Part shown: piece by piece, positions 52,214 through 61,454 of the stretch
Layout: the number at the start of each line of letters is the position of its first letter
Position numbering within the stretch: position 1 is the stretch's first letter
Notes under the pieces: model-generated
Seen by the model: only the letters and a program-made list of their open reading frames with translations
Told to the model about the DNA's origin: nothing
The model's database searches: none
Assembly: GCA_041738615.1 (NCBI GenBank)
Contig: JBGSPL010000001.1
Span: 10,706-74,705 of the forward strand
DNA length: 64,000 nt
Source: Patescibacteria group bacterium
GTDB lineage: Bacteria; Patescibacteriota; CPR2; UBA1875; CAIMLA01
Direction: 5' to 3'
Program-made: the position numbers and the translations under genes

Positions 52214-52356
52214 GATACCTTTCTCTTGAAAGAAAGGTATCCCAAAGTTCAAGAAAAATCGAACTCCCTCGTCTCTGTACGAAATTTTACTGAGCAAGCT
52301 CGCAATAATTTCTAGCATTCGACGATAGCCGGGCGCGCGGCACCGAGCGATTTTTC
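52214..52356. repeat. GATAC-hairpin structured element, copy B
   Basis: GATACCTTTCT/AGAAAGGTATC, CCAAAG, then GAAAAATCG...CGATTTTTC. Confidence 0.55.
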
Positions 52357-52379
52357 GGGGGAGTTGGAAGCGAATATTA

Positions 52380-52408
52380 TTGACAAAACGGCAATTTAGT
52401 ATTAAATT
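52380..52408 (+). promoter_or_regulatory. Promoter of cassette 4
   Basis: TTGACA-17-TAAATT. Confidence 0.62.
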
Positions 52409-52482
52409 ATAGTGTCGTCATAGCCCCGATGGCTATTTCGACGCACGTTGACGTTAATTCACGACACCAGGAGGTGTTTGCG

Positions 52483-52935
52483 GTGCCAAACGCTGGTCCT
52501 CGCACCGAAAAGACGGCCGGCGTGAAGCGGCCGAACTGTTTTTGGGTGGCTGTCTTCGAGGTGCTTACCGGTGGGAAGAAGTACCGCGTTGATTTCGCGG
52601 TGAGTCGTTCACAGAAGGACGCCTATCTGGCGGATGGTCACGATTCCTCTGTCGATCGCAACTACTCTCATCTGATATGCGCAAAGCTCAGGGATGAGCA
52701 CGGAGTTATCGTTGAGATTCTTGCACCGAGCCAGTTTCGCTTGATTGAGTTCCATTCACGCGATGCCGGTTCGATGTCCACCGAGGAGTTGGCCCGAATC
52801 ATGCGACGGACCGAGAAGAACACCGCCGAGACTGCTGCAATCGTGGCTGCTCACAACGATAAGAAGGCGGCCAAAGAGAAGGCTAAACGCCAGAGGATAA
52901 CCCGTACTGGAGATGGGCAAGCCGAGCTCTTCTAG
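52483..52935 (+). CDS. Orphan protein (150 aa) ending in QAELF
   Basis: AGGAGGT RBS before GTG 52483, in frame with the 52429 ORF; basic helical tail. Confidence 0.7.
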   Translation: MPNAGPRTEKTAGVKRPNCFWVAVFEVLTGGKKYRVDFAVSRSQKDAYLADGHDSSVDRNYSHLICAKLRDEHGVIVEILAPSQFRLIEFHSRDAGSMSTEELARIMRRTEKNTAETAAIVAAHNDKKAAKEKAKRQRITRTGDGQAELF

Positions 52936-53010
52936 CCTTTGGCTCGCGCTCACAAGGATTTGCGTTTAGGGATGTGCCCAAACGTGAAACAGCACAGAGA
53001 GGGGAGTCGC

Positions 53011-53334
53011 GTGAACGAGCTGGAGCAGTTCTACGCGCATTTGCGGTTCTTCATCCGTGAAGGGCCGAAGTACGTCGTTCCTGGCAAGGAGAGTTGCCCC
53101 GAGGTTACCCTCGACACTCTCGTAAGGCAGGGCATGGAGCTCGAGCCTGAGCTTTGGGGCAATGAGACACAGACTCGCGAGATCATCTTTGGACTTCGCG
53201 GCATGGACCTCGCAGCCTGGGAGGTTTTTGCTCGCAAGAATCCCGAGGGTTTCAAGCGGCTCAAGTCGGCCTACGACTACGAGGAGGCGTTCCATATCGC
53301 GATGTCTCGCGAAGAGGCCGCCAAGAAACGCTAG
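53011..53334 (+). CDS. Orphan helical protein (107 aa)
   Basis: GAGGGGAG RBS before GTG 53011; N-terminus resembles the 17933 ORF. Confidence 0.7.
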   Translation: MNELEQFYAHLRFFIREGPKYVVPGKESCPEVTLDTLVRQGMELEPELWGNETQTREIIFGLRGMDLAAWEVFARKNPEGFKRLKSAYDYEEAFHIAMSREEAAKKR

Positions 53335-53342
53335 TGACGTCA

Positions 53343-53393
53343 ACGTCGACGACCGTGGGCGGTGGGGGAAACCCCGCTGCCCACGTCGACCAA
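53343..53393. repeat. 51-bp palindromic direct repeat, copy 1
   Basis: ACGTCGACGACCGTGGGCGGTGGGGGAAACCCCGCTGCCCACGTCGACCAA, identical at 53888-53938. Confidence 0.95.
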
Positions 53394-53460
53394 TTTAATA
53401 CTCTATATGGTACGAACAGTGCCACCAACGACGTCAAACCCCAGGAAGGGGTGTGGCTTT

Positions 53461-53883
53461 ATGACTGCAGGAATCGAGGAACTCATCCGAATCATCAACG
53501 ATTCGCGTGAGGGCAAGCATTTCGAGCTGACGTCACTGACTGTGATGTTGCTTACCGAAGGTAAACCGGACGGGGTCTTCTCTAGCTCGGTTCCCTTCCG
53601 CTACATCATCGAGTGCCTTCTCGACGGGTTTGAAGGCGCTTGGGTCAACGTACTCAGCGAGCGTCACCTCGACGAGGGGTACCAGGAGCTGTTGGCCCTG
53701 ACACCGTTTGGTGGTAAGCAGCTGCTCTTTGCCACTCACACTTCAGTGGGCCTTTCTTTGGAAGGGTTCGAGTTCCTGATGTGGGACGACGAGGGACACC
53801 TGCGGACACCCGAACGGGTAAAGGCTCAGTTCGGCAACGATGCCCTGGGTTGGCTTGAAGCCTGGGTTTACGAAGCTTCCTAG
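53461..53883 (+). CDS. Orphan protein (140 aa) between the direct repeats
   Basis: AGGAAGGGG upstream of ATG 53461, GC3-rich, no recognisable family. Confidence 0.7.
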   Translation: MTAGIEELIRIINDSREGKHFELTSLTVMLLTEGKPDGVFSSSVPFRYIIECLLDGFEGAWVNVLSERHLDEGYQELLALTPFGGKQLLFATHTSVGLSLEGFEFLMWDDEGHLRTPERVKAQFGNDALGWLEAWVYEAS

Positions 53884-53887
53884 CTTG

Positions 53888-53938
53888 ACGTCGACGACCG
53901 TGGGCGGTGGGGGAAACCCCGCTGCCCACGTCGACCAA
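53888..53938. repeat. 51-bp palindromic direct repeat, copy 2
   Basis: Identical to 53343-53393. Confidence 0.95.
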
Positions 53939-53943
53939 AATAG

Positions 53944-53972
53944 TTGACATTTGTGAGTATTTTATATACAAT
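53944..53972 (+). promoter_or_regulatory. rplC operon promoter
   Basis: TTGACA-17-TACAAT. Confidence 0.8.
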
Positions 53973-54090
53973 TGTTCTTGCGTAAAAAGATATATTCGCA
54001 AAAAACCATCGGGGGATGGGCAAGTCTACACAAGGTTGTAGAAACTGTCTGTCTGTCGAATAGTATTATATTGATTAAAAAGGATGAACA

Positions 54091-54714
54091 ATGAAGGCAT
54101 TGATCGGTAAGAAAATCGGAATGACTCACATCTTTGACGAGAAGGGTACTGTTGTACCCGTGACCGTTGTAGAGGCGGGTCCATGTACTGTTGTTCAGGT
54201 GAAAACACCAGAAGTTGACGGCTATAGCGCTGTTCAGCTCGGTTTTGGCTTGGACAAACGTATCAACAAGCCACTGGCCGGGCACGTCAAGAGCTCTGGC
54301 GCAGTGCCAAAAGTGCTTCGCGAGTTTGACCTCGTAGAGGTAGCTCCCGAGGGGGAAGAAGCGGTAACCATCAAGGTTGGCGACGTTATTGGCGTCGATA
54401 CCTTCGAAGTTGGCCAGCTTCTAGCTGCTACAGGGACTTCTAAAGGCAAAGGTTTCGCAGGTACTGTAAAGCGTCACAACTTTACGACCGGACCAAAGAC
54501 TCATGGCTCACACAACTATCGTGCGCCAGGATCAATCGGTGCTGGTTACCCACAACACGTCATGAAGGGCATGCGTATGGCAGGCCACATGGGTGCCGAG
54601 AAGGTAACTGTGAAGAACCTAGAAATTATTAGTATCGATAAAGAAAACAATACACTTGCGATTAAGGGAGCTATTCCTGGTCCACGCAAGGGGATTGTGG
54701 TGCTGAGAGGTTAA
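54091..54714 (+). CDS. rplC: 50S ribosomal protein L3
   Basis: GKKIGMT, SKGKGFAG, RAPGSIG, MAGHMG. Confidence 0.98.
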   Translation: MKALIGKKIGMTHIFDEKGTVVPVTVVEAGPCTVVQVKTPEVDGYSAVQLGFGLDKRINKPLAGHVKSSGAVPKVLREFDLVEVAPEGEEAVTIKVGDVIGVDTFEVGQLLAATGTSKGKGFAGTVKRHNFTTGPKTHGSHNYRAPGSIGAGYPQHVMKGMRMAGHMGAEKVTVKNLEIISIDKENNTLAIKGAIPGPRKGIVVLRG

Positions 54715-55331
54715 TGATGAAGATTGCAGTATACGATACAAAAGGCACAAAACAGGCAGACAAGGACGTAAAAGTCACTTTATTTGATGCTCCAGTAAAT
54801 CCAGCTCTTATTCACGAAGTTGTTACCGCACAGCTTGCAGCACGTCGTGCCGCTAGCGCCAAGGTAAAGACTCGCGCCGAAGTTTCCGGTGGTGGTAAGA
54901 AGCCTTATGCCCAGAAGGGTACAGGCCGCGCTCGTACTGGTTCTATCCGCAACCCGCTATGGCGTGGTGGTGGTACAACCTTCGGACCTACAGGGATTCA
55001 GAATTTCACTCTCAAGGTTCTCAAGAAGAAGCGCTCTGGCGCCGTACTTTCCTCACTTGCAACACGCAAGGACAATTCTGTAGTCCTAGATAAGTTTGAG
55101 TTTACAAAGACCAAGGATTTCGCCCTAGCAATCGAGAAAATCGCTACTGGCAAGAAGCTCGTCGTCATGACTGGCCTTACCGAGCAGGCAATCTTGGTGT
55201 CACGTAATCTTTCAAACGTTCGCGTATGTGATTACCGTAACCTAAATGTTTATGACATTCTCTGGTCCGACACAATTGTTTTTGTGGCTGATGCACTAGA
55301 GAAGACAAACGAAGTATTGGGGGCCAAATAA
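54714..55331 (+). CDS. rplD: 50S ribosomal protein L4
   Basis: KTRAEVSGGGKKP..QKGTGRAR.GSIR.P.WRGGG. Confidence 0.98.
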   Translation: MMKIAVYDTKGTKQADKDVKVTLFDAPVNPALIHEVVTAQLAARRAASAKVKTRAEVSGGGKKPYAQKGTGRARTGSIRNPLWRGGGTTFGPTGIQNFTLKVLKKKRSGAVLSSLATRKDNSVVLDKFEFTKTKDFALAIEKIATGKKLVVMTGLTEQAILVSRNLSNVRVCDYRNLNVYDILWSDTIVFVADALEKTNEVLGAK

Positions 55332-55615
55332 TGAAACAGTTAAGCGTCCTAAAGCGACCAGTAATCTCAGAAAAAAGCTTTGCCTCGGCAGACCTCGGCA
55401 AGTACGTATTTGTAGTTGATATTGACGCTACAAAGACCGAAATCGCTCAAGCCGTTGAGAAGGCTTTCTCGGTTCATGTTATTGCCGTAAATACCGTTAT
55501 TATCGCTGGTAAGATCAAGAAGTTTGGTAAGTCTTTCGGTAAGAGAAGTGATTTTAAAAAAGCTATCGTCACCATCAAAAAGGGTGAAACGATAGAGGAC
55601 TTTAAGGGAATTTAG
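55331..55615 (+). CDS. rplW: 50S ribosomal protein L23
   Basis: PVISEKS, ATKTEI..AVE..F.V.V..VNT, KKAIVT. Confidence 0.97.
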   Translation: MKQLSVLKRPVISEKSFASADLGKYVFVVDIDATKTEIAQAVEKAFSVHVIAVNTVIIAGKIKKFGKSFGKRSDFKKAIVTIKKGETIEDFKGI

Positions 55616-55617
55616 AG

Positions 55618-56457
55618 ATGGGTATCAGATTAGTAAAACCAACTAGCAACGCAAGACGCGGCATGTCCGTCGACGATTTTGCCGATATTACAAAAAAGAG
55701 CCCCGAGAAGTCACTGACATTCGGCCTCAAAAGCCAAGCTGGCCGTAACTCTCAGGGCAAGATTACCGTTCGTCACCGTGGTGGTGGTGTAAAGCGCCTT
55801 TATCGCTTTATCGACCTAAAGATGCTGGGCAACACTACTGTTACTGTAGAGTCTATCGAGTACGATCCAAATCGTTCCGCTCGTATTGCTCTTGTGACCC
55901 GCGAAGATGGCAAGAAAGCCTACATCGTTGCACCTATCGGAGTGACTGTGGGTGCCAAGCTTGCATTCGGTGAAGACGCAGAAATCCGCACAGGAAACCG
56001 CAAGGTACTTCGCGACATCCCAGTCGGTACCATCGTTTATGCAGTAGAGATGCAGCCTGGCAAAGGCGCACAGCTCGCTCGCTCCGCAGGTACCAAAGCT
56101 CAAATTATGGCGAAAGAAGCAGGAATGGTTCAGATCAAGTTGCCTTCTGGCGAAATCCGTCTTGTTTCTGAGAATTGTGGTGCTTCTATCGGTACTGTAT
56201 CAAATTCAGATCATAGTAACATCAAGGTTGGTAAGGCTGGACGTACTCGTCACATGGGTTTCCGTCCTTCCGTCCGTGGTAAGGCTATGAACCCTGTAGA
56301 CCACCCACATGGTGGTGGTGAGGGTGGTACTTCGATCGCGCTTATGGGCGGACCAAAGACACCTTGGGGTGCTAAGGCTCTGGGTCTAAAGACTAGAAAT
56401 AAGAAGAAATTATCAAGTAAGTATATTGTTAAAGGCCGCAAAAAGGGCCGAAGGTAA
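55618..56457 (+). CDS. rplB: 50S ribosomal protein L2
   Basis: GRN..G.ITVRHRGGG, EYDPNRSA, AMNPVDHPHGGGEG. Confidence 0.99.
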   Translation: MGIRLVKPTSNARRGMSVDDFADITKKSPEKSLTFGLKSQAGRNSQGKITVRHRGGGVKRLYRFIDLKMLGNTTVTVESIEYDPNRSARIALVTREDGKKAYIVAPIGVTVGAKLAFGEDAEIRTGNRKVLRDIPVGTIVYAVEMQPGKGAQLARSAGTKAQIMAKEAGMVQIKLPSGEIRLVSENCGASIGTVSNSDHSNIKVGKAGRTRHMGFRPSVRGKAMNPVDHPHGGGEGGTSIALMGGPKTPWGAKALGLKTRNKKKLSSKYIVKGRKKGRR

Positions 56458-56466
56458 GGGGTAAAG

Positions 56467-56739
56467 ATGTCTAGATCACTGAAAAAAGGTCCATATATAG
56501 ACGAACGCCTCGTGCGTAAGGTTGATGCTCTCGGGAACGACAAAAAGGTTATCAAGACCTGGTCTCGTGCCGCTGTCATCATTCCTGAGTTTGTAGGCCA
56601 CACTTTTGCGGTTCACAACGGCAAAGAGCACACACCGGTTTTCGTTTCTGAAAACATGGTAGGTCATCGTCTCGGTGAATTTTCACCAACACGTAAGTTC
56701 CGTGGTCACGGTGGTAAGCTCGCGAAGGGGAAGAAGTAA
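56467..56739 (+). CDS. rpsS: 30S ribosomal protein S19
   Basis: [25 protein letters not shown]. Confidence 0.99.
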   Translation: MSRSLKKGPYIDERLVRKVDALGNDKKVIKTWSRAAVIIPEFVGHTFAVHNGKEHTPVFVSENMVGHRLGEFSPTRKFRGHGGKLAKGKK

Positions 56740-57155
56740 TGGAAGTACGCGCAGTAGAGAAATATATTCGTATCTCCCCAAAGAAAGCTCGTTTGGTTGC
56801 TGATATTGTTCGTGGGCAGAATGCAGTTTCTGCGATGACCACACTGAAGTTCACACCAAAGAAAGCCGCTGGGATTATCAGCAAAGCTATCAATTCTGCA
56901 GTTGCAAACGCAGTCAACAACTTTGGTCTAGTTCGTGAAGAGCTAGTAATCACCAAGCTTACAGTTGACCAAGGCCCAAGCCTAAAGCGTTTCCGACCAC
57001 GTTCAAAGGGTATGGCTTCACCGCTTCTAAAGCGCACTAGCCACATCATCGTCGTGGTTTCTGGAGCTGAGGCAAAAGAAGTGAAAAAGGCAGCCAAGGC
57101 TGAAGCTAAAGAAGTGAAGAAAGCTGTCAAAGCTACTCCAGAGGAGGTCAAGTAA
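56739..57155 (+). CDS. rplV: 50S ribosomal protein L22
   Basis: RISPKKARLVAD, SAVANA, KRFRPRSKG, KRTSHI; Ala/Lys repeat tail. Confidence 0.98.
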   Translation: MEVRAVEKYIRISPKKARLVADIVRGQNAVSAMTTLKFTPKKAAGIISKAINSAVANAVNNFGLVREELVITKLTVDQGPSLKRFRPRSKGMASPLLKRTSHIIVVVSGAEAKEVKKAAKAEAKEVKKAVKATPEEVK

Positions 57156-57820
57156 TGGGACATAAAGTAAATCCAATCAGTTTCCGTCTACAAGTTAGTA
57201 AGAATTGGTCTTCTCGTTGGTTTTCCAAACGTGACTATGCAAAACTTCTACTCGAAGACATCATGATTCGTCGTTTTATCCTCAAAGAGCTTGGAATGCG
57301 TGCCGGTATTGCAAATGTTGAGATTGAGCGTAATGCCAATCAGGTTAGCATTAGCATTCACACTGCAAAGCCAGGGGTTGTTATCGGTCGTGGTGGCGCA
57401 GGGGCTACAGAGCTTAAAGCAAAGCTTGCCAAGCTTACAACTGGCAAAATCAAAGACATCAATGTTTTTGAAGTCAAGAACCCAGATACCAACGCTCAGA
57501 TTATTGCAGACAATATTGCACAGCAGCTAGAGCGTCGTATCGCCTTCAAGCGCGCAATGCGTCAGGCAGTAGAGAAGGCACAACGTGCCGGAGTAAAGGG
57601 TGTCAAGATCATGGTTGGCGGACGTTTGAACGGTGCTGAGATTGCTCGCTCTGAGTTTGTTATCAAGGGTAAGATCCCACTAGCTACTATTGACGCTGAT
57701 ATCAAATACGCTACCAGTCGCGCCAAGACCACTTACGGTATCATCGGTGTCAAAGTTTGGGTTTTCACTGGAATGATCGAAAAGAAGAAGAAATCGGAGG
57801 CTACTGATGTTACAGCCTAA
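57155..57820 (+). CDS. rpsC: 30S ribosomal protein S3
   Basis: [28 protein letters not shown]. Confidence 0.99.
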   Translation: MGHKVNPISFRLQVSKNWSSRWFSKRDYAKLLLEDIMIRRFILKELGMRAGIANVEIERNANQVSISIHTAKPGVVIGRGGAGATELKAKLAKLTTGKIKDINVFEVKNPDTNAQIIADNIAQQLERRIAFKRAMRQAVEKAQRAGVKGVKIMVGGRLNGAEIARSEFVIKGKIPLATIDADIKYATSRAKTTYGIIGVKVWVFTGMIEKKKKSEATDVTA

Positions 57821-58238
57821 GAAAACCAAGTATCGCAAGATGCAGAAAAATCCTCAAACCGGAAAAGCCGGGAGAGGGACCAACATCGACTTTGGTAAGT
57901 ACGCAATCAAGGCTCTAGAGCCAGCCTGGATTACCTCACGTCAGATAGAAGCCGCTCGTCGCGCAATGACTCGTTATATCAAACGTGGTGGCAAGATCTG
58001 GATCCGAATTTTCCCAGACAAGCCTATCACCAAGAAACCAAACGAAGTCCGCATGGGAAGTGGTAAGGGTAATATCGACCACTATGCAGCCGTCGTGAAG
58101 CCAGGAAGAATCCTCTTCGAGATGGATGGTGTATCACCAGAAATCGCTCGCGAAGCACTACGCCTCGCAAAACATAAGTTACCAATCAAAACCAAGATTA
58201 TTGTGAAAGATTCTGGGGGAGATAGCGATGAAAGCTAA
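57807..58238 (+). CDS. rplP: 50S ribosomal protein L16
   Basis: [26 protein letters not shown]. Confidence 0.99.
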   Translation: MLQPKKTKYRKMQKNPQTGKAGRGTNIDFGKYAIKALEPAWITSRQIEAARRAMTRYIKRGGKIWIRIFPDKPITKKPNEVRMGSGKGNIDHYAAVVKPGRILFEMDGVSPEIAREALRLAKHKLPIKTKIIVKDSGGDSDES

Positions 58239-58476
58239 AGAACTAGTAGAAAAGGACGTAAAAAGCCTACAAAAATTGCTAGCCGATACTGAGGCTAAGC
58301 TCCTAAAGGATCGTTTCGCTATCGCTGGTCGGGAGCTCACAAACGTGAGCGAGGTTGCAAAAAGCCGAAAGCTTATCGCTCAGATCAAAACCGTTCTACG
58401 TGAGCGCGAGATCTTTGAAGTAGAGAAAGCTAATCAGCCTTCGCATGAAGCTACGGCTGACAAGGGGGAGAAGTAA
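58228..58476 (+). CDS. rpmC: 50S ribosomal protein L29
   Basis: [18 protein letters not shown]; position in S10 cluster. Confidence 0.92.
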   Translation: MKAKELVEKDVKSLQKLLADTEAKLLKDRFAIAGRELTNVSEVAKSRKLIAQIKTVLREREIFEVEKANQPSHEATADKGEK

Positions 58477-58477
58477 G

Positions 58478-58729
58478 ATGAAAAGAACACTAACAGGTAA
58501 AGTTGTTTCAGACAAGATGGAGAAGACTATTGTTGTTCTCGTTGATCGCGTCAAAGAACACCCGCTTTACAAGAAAAAATATAGCGTTTCTACTAAGTTC
58601 GCTGCTCATGACGAGGCTGGTAAGGCCAAAACAGGGGACATGGTCGTGATTGAAGAATCCCGTCCATTATCCGCGACCAAACGTTGGTCACTTGTGAAAG
58701 TCCTGACGGAGAAGGATTTGGAGAAATAA
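58478..58729 (+). CDS. rpsQ: 30S ribosomal protein S17
   Basis: [30 protein letters not shown]. Confidence 0.98.
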   Translation: MKRTLTGKVVSDKMEKTIVVLVDRVKEHPLYKKKYSVSTKFAAHDEAGKAKTGDMVVIEESRPLSATKRWSLVKVLTEKDLEK

Positions 58730-58730
58730 G

Positions 58731-59099
58731 ATGATTCAGCATATGACAAGATTAAAGGTTGCTGACAACACTGGCGCGAAAGAAGTTCTTTGCATCAAGG
58801 TTCTCGGTGGCTCCAAGAGACGTTACGCAAGACTTGGGGACATTATCACATGTTCCGTCAAGTCCGCACTTCCTGGTGGAAACGCCAAGAAAAAGGAAGT
58901 TTGCAAGGCGGTAGTAGTTCGGATCAGTAAAGATTTTATCCGCAAAGACGGAAGTACCATCAAGTTTGATGACAATGCAGTAGTCCTGATTGATAAGAAT
59001 AACCAGCCTAGAGGTACTCGTATCTTCGGCCCAGTTGCTCGCGAGCTTCGCGAGAAGGGCTACATGAAGATCGTTTCTCTAGCGCCAGAAGTATTGTAG
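58731..59099 (+). CDS. rplN: 50S ribosomal protein L14
   Basis: [28 protein letters not shown]. Confidence 0.99.
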   Translation: MIQHMTRLKVADNTGAKEVLCIKVLGGSKRRYARLGDIITCSVKSALPGGNAKKKEVCKAVVVRISKDFIRKDGSTIKFDDNAVVLIDKNNQPRGTRIFGPVARELREKGYMKIVSLAPEVL

Positions 59100-59107
59100 G
59101 AACGAAT

Positions 59108-59422
59108 ATGAAGATTCAAAAAAACGACAAAGTATACATTACTGCCGGTAAGGACAAGGGTAAGACCGGTGAAGTTAGCAAGGTCCTCGTTCGTGATAAC
59201 AAGGTAATAGTTGCTGGTATCAATCTAGTCAAGAAGGCTGTTAAGCCAAGCAAGAAAAACGCTGCTGGTGGAATCCTGGAGATTGCCAAGCCTCTCTCAC
59301 TTTCCAATGTAGCACTTGTTTGTCCGAAGTGCGGCAAGCCTGCACGCATCGGCTATAGTATCGCTAAAGACGGCAAAAAGGCACGTTTGTGCAAGAAATG
59401 CCAAGCGATTGTGAAGGAGTAA
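59108..59422 (+). CDS. rplX: 50S ribosomal protein L24
   Basis: KOW motif D.V.ITAGKDKGKTG, SNVAL; CPKC/CKKC. Confidence 0.97.
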   Translation: MKIQKNDKVYITAGKDKGKTGEVSKVLVRDNKVIVAGINLVKKAVKPSKKNAAGGILEIAKPLSLSNVALVCPKCGKPARIGYSIAKDGKKARLCKKCQAIVKE

Positions 59423-59425
59423 CAG

Positions 59426-59965
59426 ATGGCACGAATGAAAGATTTATATAAAGACAAGGTTGCCGCTCTTCTTCAGACCGAATTCGGCTACAAGAATGTC
59501 AACATGATCCCCAAGGTCACTAAGGTAGTTATCAATGCCGGCGTTGGCCGTGCATCCGCTGACACCAAGGCCCTAGACCCAGTAATCGCTGGCCTTACCA
59601 AGATTGCAGGGCAAGCACCTGTTATCAACAAGGCACGCAAGTCTATCGCTGGATTCAAGATTCGTGAAGGTATGAATATTGGTGCCAGCGTCACCCTACG
59701 TGGAGAGCGTATGTACGAGTTCCTAGATCGCCTAGTAAACGTTACGTTGCCTCGTGTTCGCGACTTCCGCGGTATCAAAGGTAACGCTTTCGACGGACAT
59801 GGTAATTACTCACTAGGTATCAAAGAGTATGGTGTATTCCCAGAAATTAGCTTCGAAGAAGCCGTAAACACCTTTGGACTACAGGTAAATGTAGCCACTA
59901 GCGCAAAAACAGACGCTGAAGGCAAGGCCCTACTGACTAAACTTGGTTTTCCATTTAAGGATTAG
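59426..59965 (+). CDS. rplE: 50S ribosomal protein L5
   Basis: ARKSIAGFKIREG, LPRVRDFRG, FDGHGNY. Confidence 0.99.
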   Translation: MARMKDLYKDKVAALLQTEFGYKNVNMIPKVTKVVINAGVGRASADTKALDPVIAGLTKIAGQAPVINKARKSIAGFKIREGMNIGASVTLRGERMYEFLDRLVNVTLPRVRDFRGIKGNAFDGHGNYSLGIKEYGVFPEISFEEAVNTFGLQVNVATSAKTDAEGKALLTKLGFPFKD

Positions 59966-59974
59966 AGGATAGAG

Positions 59975-60160
59975 ATGGCAAAGAAATCGTTAATCGCAAA
60001 AGCAAAGAAAACGCCAAAGTTTTCAAGCAGATCTTATACCCGTTGTGCACTATGTGGTCGTCCACACGGATATCTGCGCAAATTCGACATGTGTCGTATT
60101 TGTTTTAGAGAGCTAGCAAGCAAGGGAGAAATCCCTGGTGTAACCAAATCAAGCTGGTAA
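59975..60160 (+). CDS. rpsN: 30S ribosomal protein S14 (zinc-binding type Z)
   Basis: RCALCGR...[18 protein letters not shown]. Confidence 0.98.
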   Translation: MAKKSLIAKAKKTPKFSSRSYTRCALCGRPHGYLRKFDMCRICFRELASKGEIPGVTKSSW

Positions 60161-60171
60161 GGAGTAACATT

Positions 60172-60549
60172 ATGGCAACAACAGATCCAATTGCAGATAT
60201 GCTGACACGTATCCGAAATGCACGAATGGTGCACAAGGAAAGCGTTGTTATTCCTGCATCAAAGCTAAAAATCGAGATCCTAAAGGTCTTAAAAACTGAA
60301 GGTTATATCGGTGAATTTTCACTTGAGAACAGCGGCGCAACTATCCTCGCGAATATCATGGGCACAGATACCAAGAAATTGGTGCGTGTTTCCAAGCCAG
60401 GTCGTCGTGTATACGTCGGCAAGGAAGAGATTCCAAGAGTACTTCAGGGTCATGGTTTGGTCATCATCTCTACCTCAAAGGGAGTTATGAGCGGCAAATC
60501 GGCCAAAAAGCTCGGTCTCGGTGGCGAATTAATCTGTAAAGTTTGGTAG
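60172..60549 (+). CDS. rpsH: 30S ribosomal protein S8
   Basis: [28 protein letters not shown]. Confidence 0.99.
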   Translation: MATTDPIADMLTRIRNARMVHKESVVIPASKLKIEILKVLKTEGYIGEFSLENSGATILANIMGTDTKKLVRVSKPGRRVYVGKEEIPRVLQGHGLVIISTSKGVMSGKSAKKLGLGGELICKVW

Positions 60550-60558
60550 GAGAGTAAT

Positions 60559-61095
60559 ATGTCAAGAATAGGAAGATTACCAATTACGTTACCAAGCGGT
60601 GTTTCAGTCGAGATTAGTGGACAGAGCATCAAAGTTACTGGCCCTCGCGGCGAGCTTTCATATGAGTACAGCGACAAGATTGCGGTTACTCAGAATGAAA
60701 ACACACTCTTAGTTACCAGAACCGTTGAGGACCCTACAAGCGCTGAGCTTTATGGTTTAGTTCGAACACTTATCAACAACATGGTTGTTGGTGTTTCTGA
60801 GGGCTTCAAGAAGGAACTTGAGATTAATGGTATCGGTTATCGTGCCGCAGTTTCTGGTTCCAAGCTTACCCTGAACCTTGGCTACTCACATCCAATCGAG
60901 TTTATTGCTCCAGCCGGCATTACAATTGCCGTGGAGAAGAACATTGTTACTGTATCTGGCGTTGACAAGCAACTTGTCGGCCAGACTTCAGCTGAAATCA
61001 GGGCATTTCGTAAACCAGAGCCTTACAAAGGTAAGGGCGTTAAATATGTAACCGAGACTATCAGGCGCAAGGCTGGTAAGACGGGTGCGAAGTAA
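60559..61095 (+). CDS. rplF: 50S ribosomal protein L6
   Basis: MSRIG, GIGYRA, RKPEPYKGKG. Confidence 0.99.
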   Translation: MSRIGRLPITLPSGVSVEISGQSIKVTGPRGELSYEYSDKIAVTQNENTLLVTRTVEDPTSAELYGLVRTLINNMVVGVSEGFKKELEINGIGYRAAVSGSKLTLNLGYSHPIEFIAPAGITIAVEKNIVTVSGVDKQLVGQTSAEIRAFRKPEPYKGKGVKYVTETIRRKAGKTGAK

Positions 61096-61101
61096 GGAGC
61101 T

Positions 61102-61449
61102 ATGATGCTAGAGAGATTTATAAAGAAAGATCGTCGCAAAAATCGTATTCGTAGCAAGATATTCGGTACGGCTCTTCGCCCACGTTTATCCGTAAGCGTT
61201 AGTAACCTGCACATCATTGCTCAGGTTATAAATGATGAAGCCGGAAACACCATAGCTTATACAAGCGATTTACTGCTAGCCGCTAAGGGTACAAAAACCG
61301 AGAAAGCTGCGGCTGTTGGTGCTGCTATCGCAGAGCTAGCAAAGAAAGCCAAGATCAAGTCAGTGGTTTTTGATCGCGGTGGTAAGCTATATCACGGTAG
61401 GGTAAAGGCTCTTGCCGAAGCAGCGCGTACTAACGGGCTAGAATTTTAG
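61102..61449 (+). CDS. rplR: 50S ribosomal protein L18
   Basis: [30 protein letters not shown]. Confidence 0.98.
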   Translation: MMLERFIKKDRRKNRIRSKIFGTALRPRLSVSVSNLHIIAQVINDEAGNTIAYTSDLLLAAKGTKTEKAAAVGAAIAELAKKAKIKSVVFDRGGKLYHGRVKALAEAARTNGLEF

Positions 61450-61454
61450 GAGTT

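Noticed and set aside
53332-53393. Amber read-through signalled by hairpins after TAG
   Set aside because: TAG at 53334 is followed in frame by TGA, downstream ORFs have their own RBSs, and core genes use TAG as a normal stop.
53343-53938. CRISPR array interpretation of the direct repeats
   Set aside because: Only two copies, separated by 494 bp containing an ORF; no cas genes.
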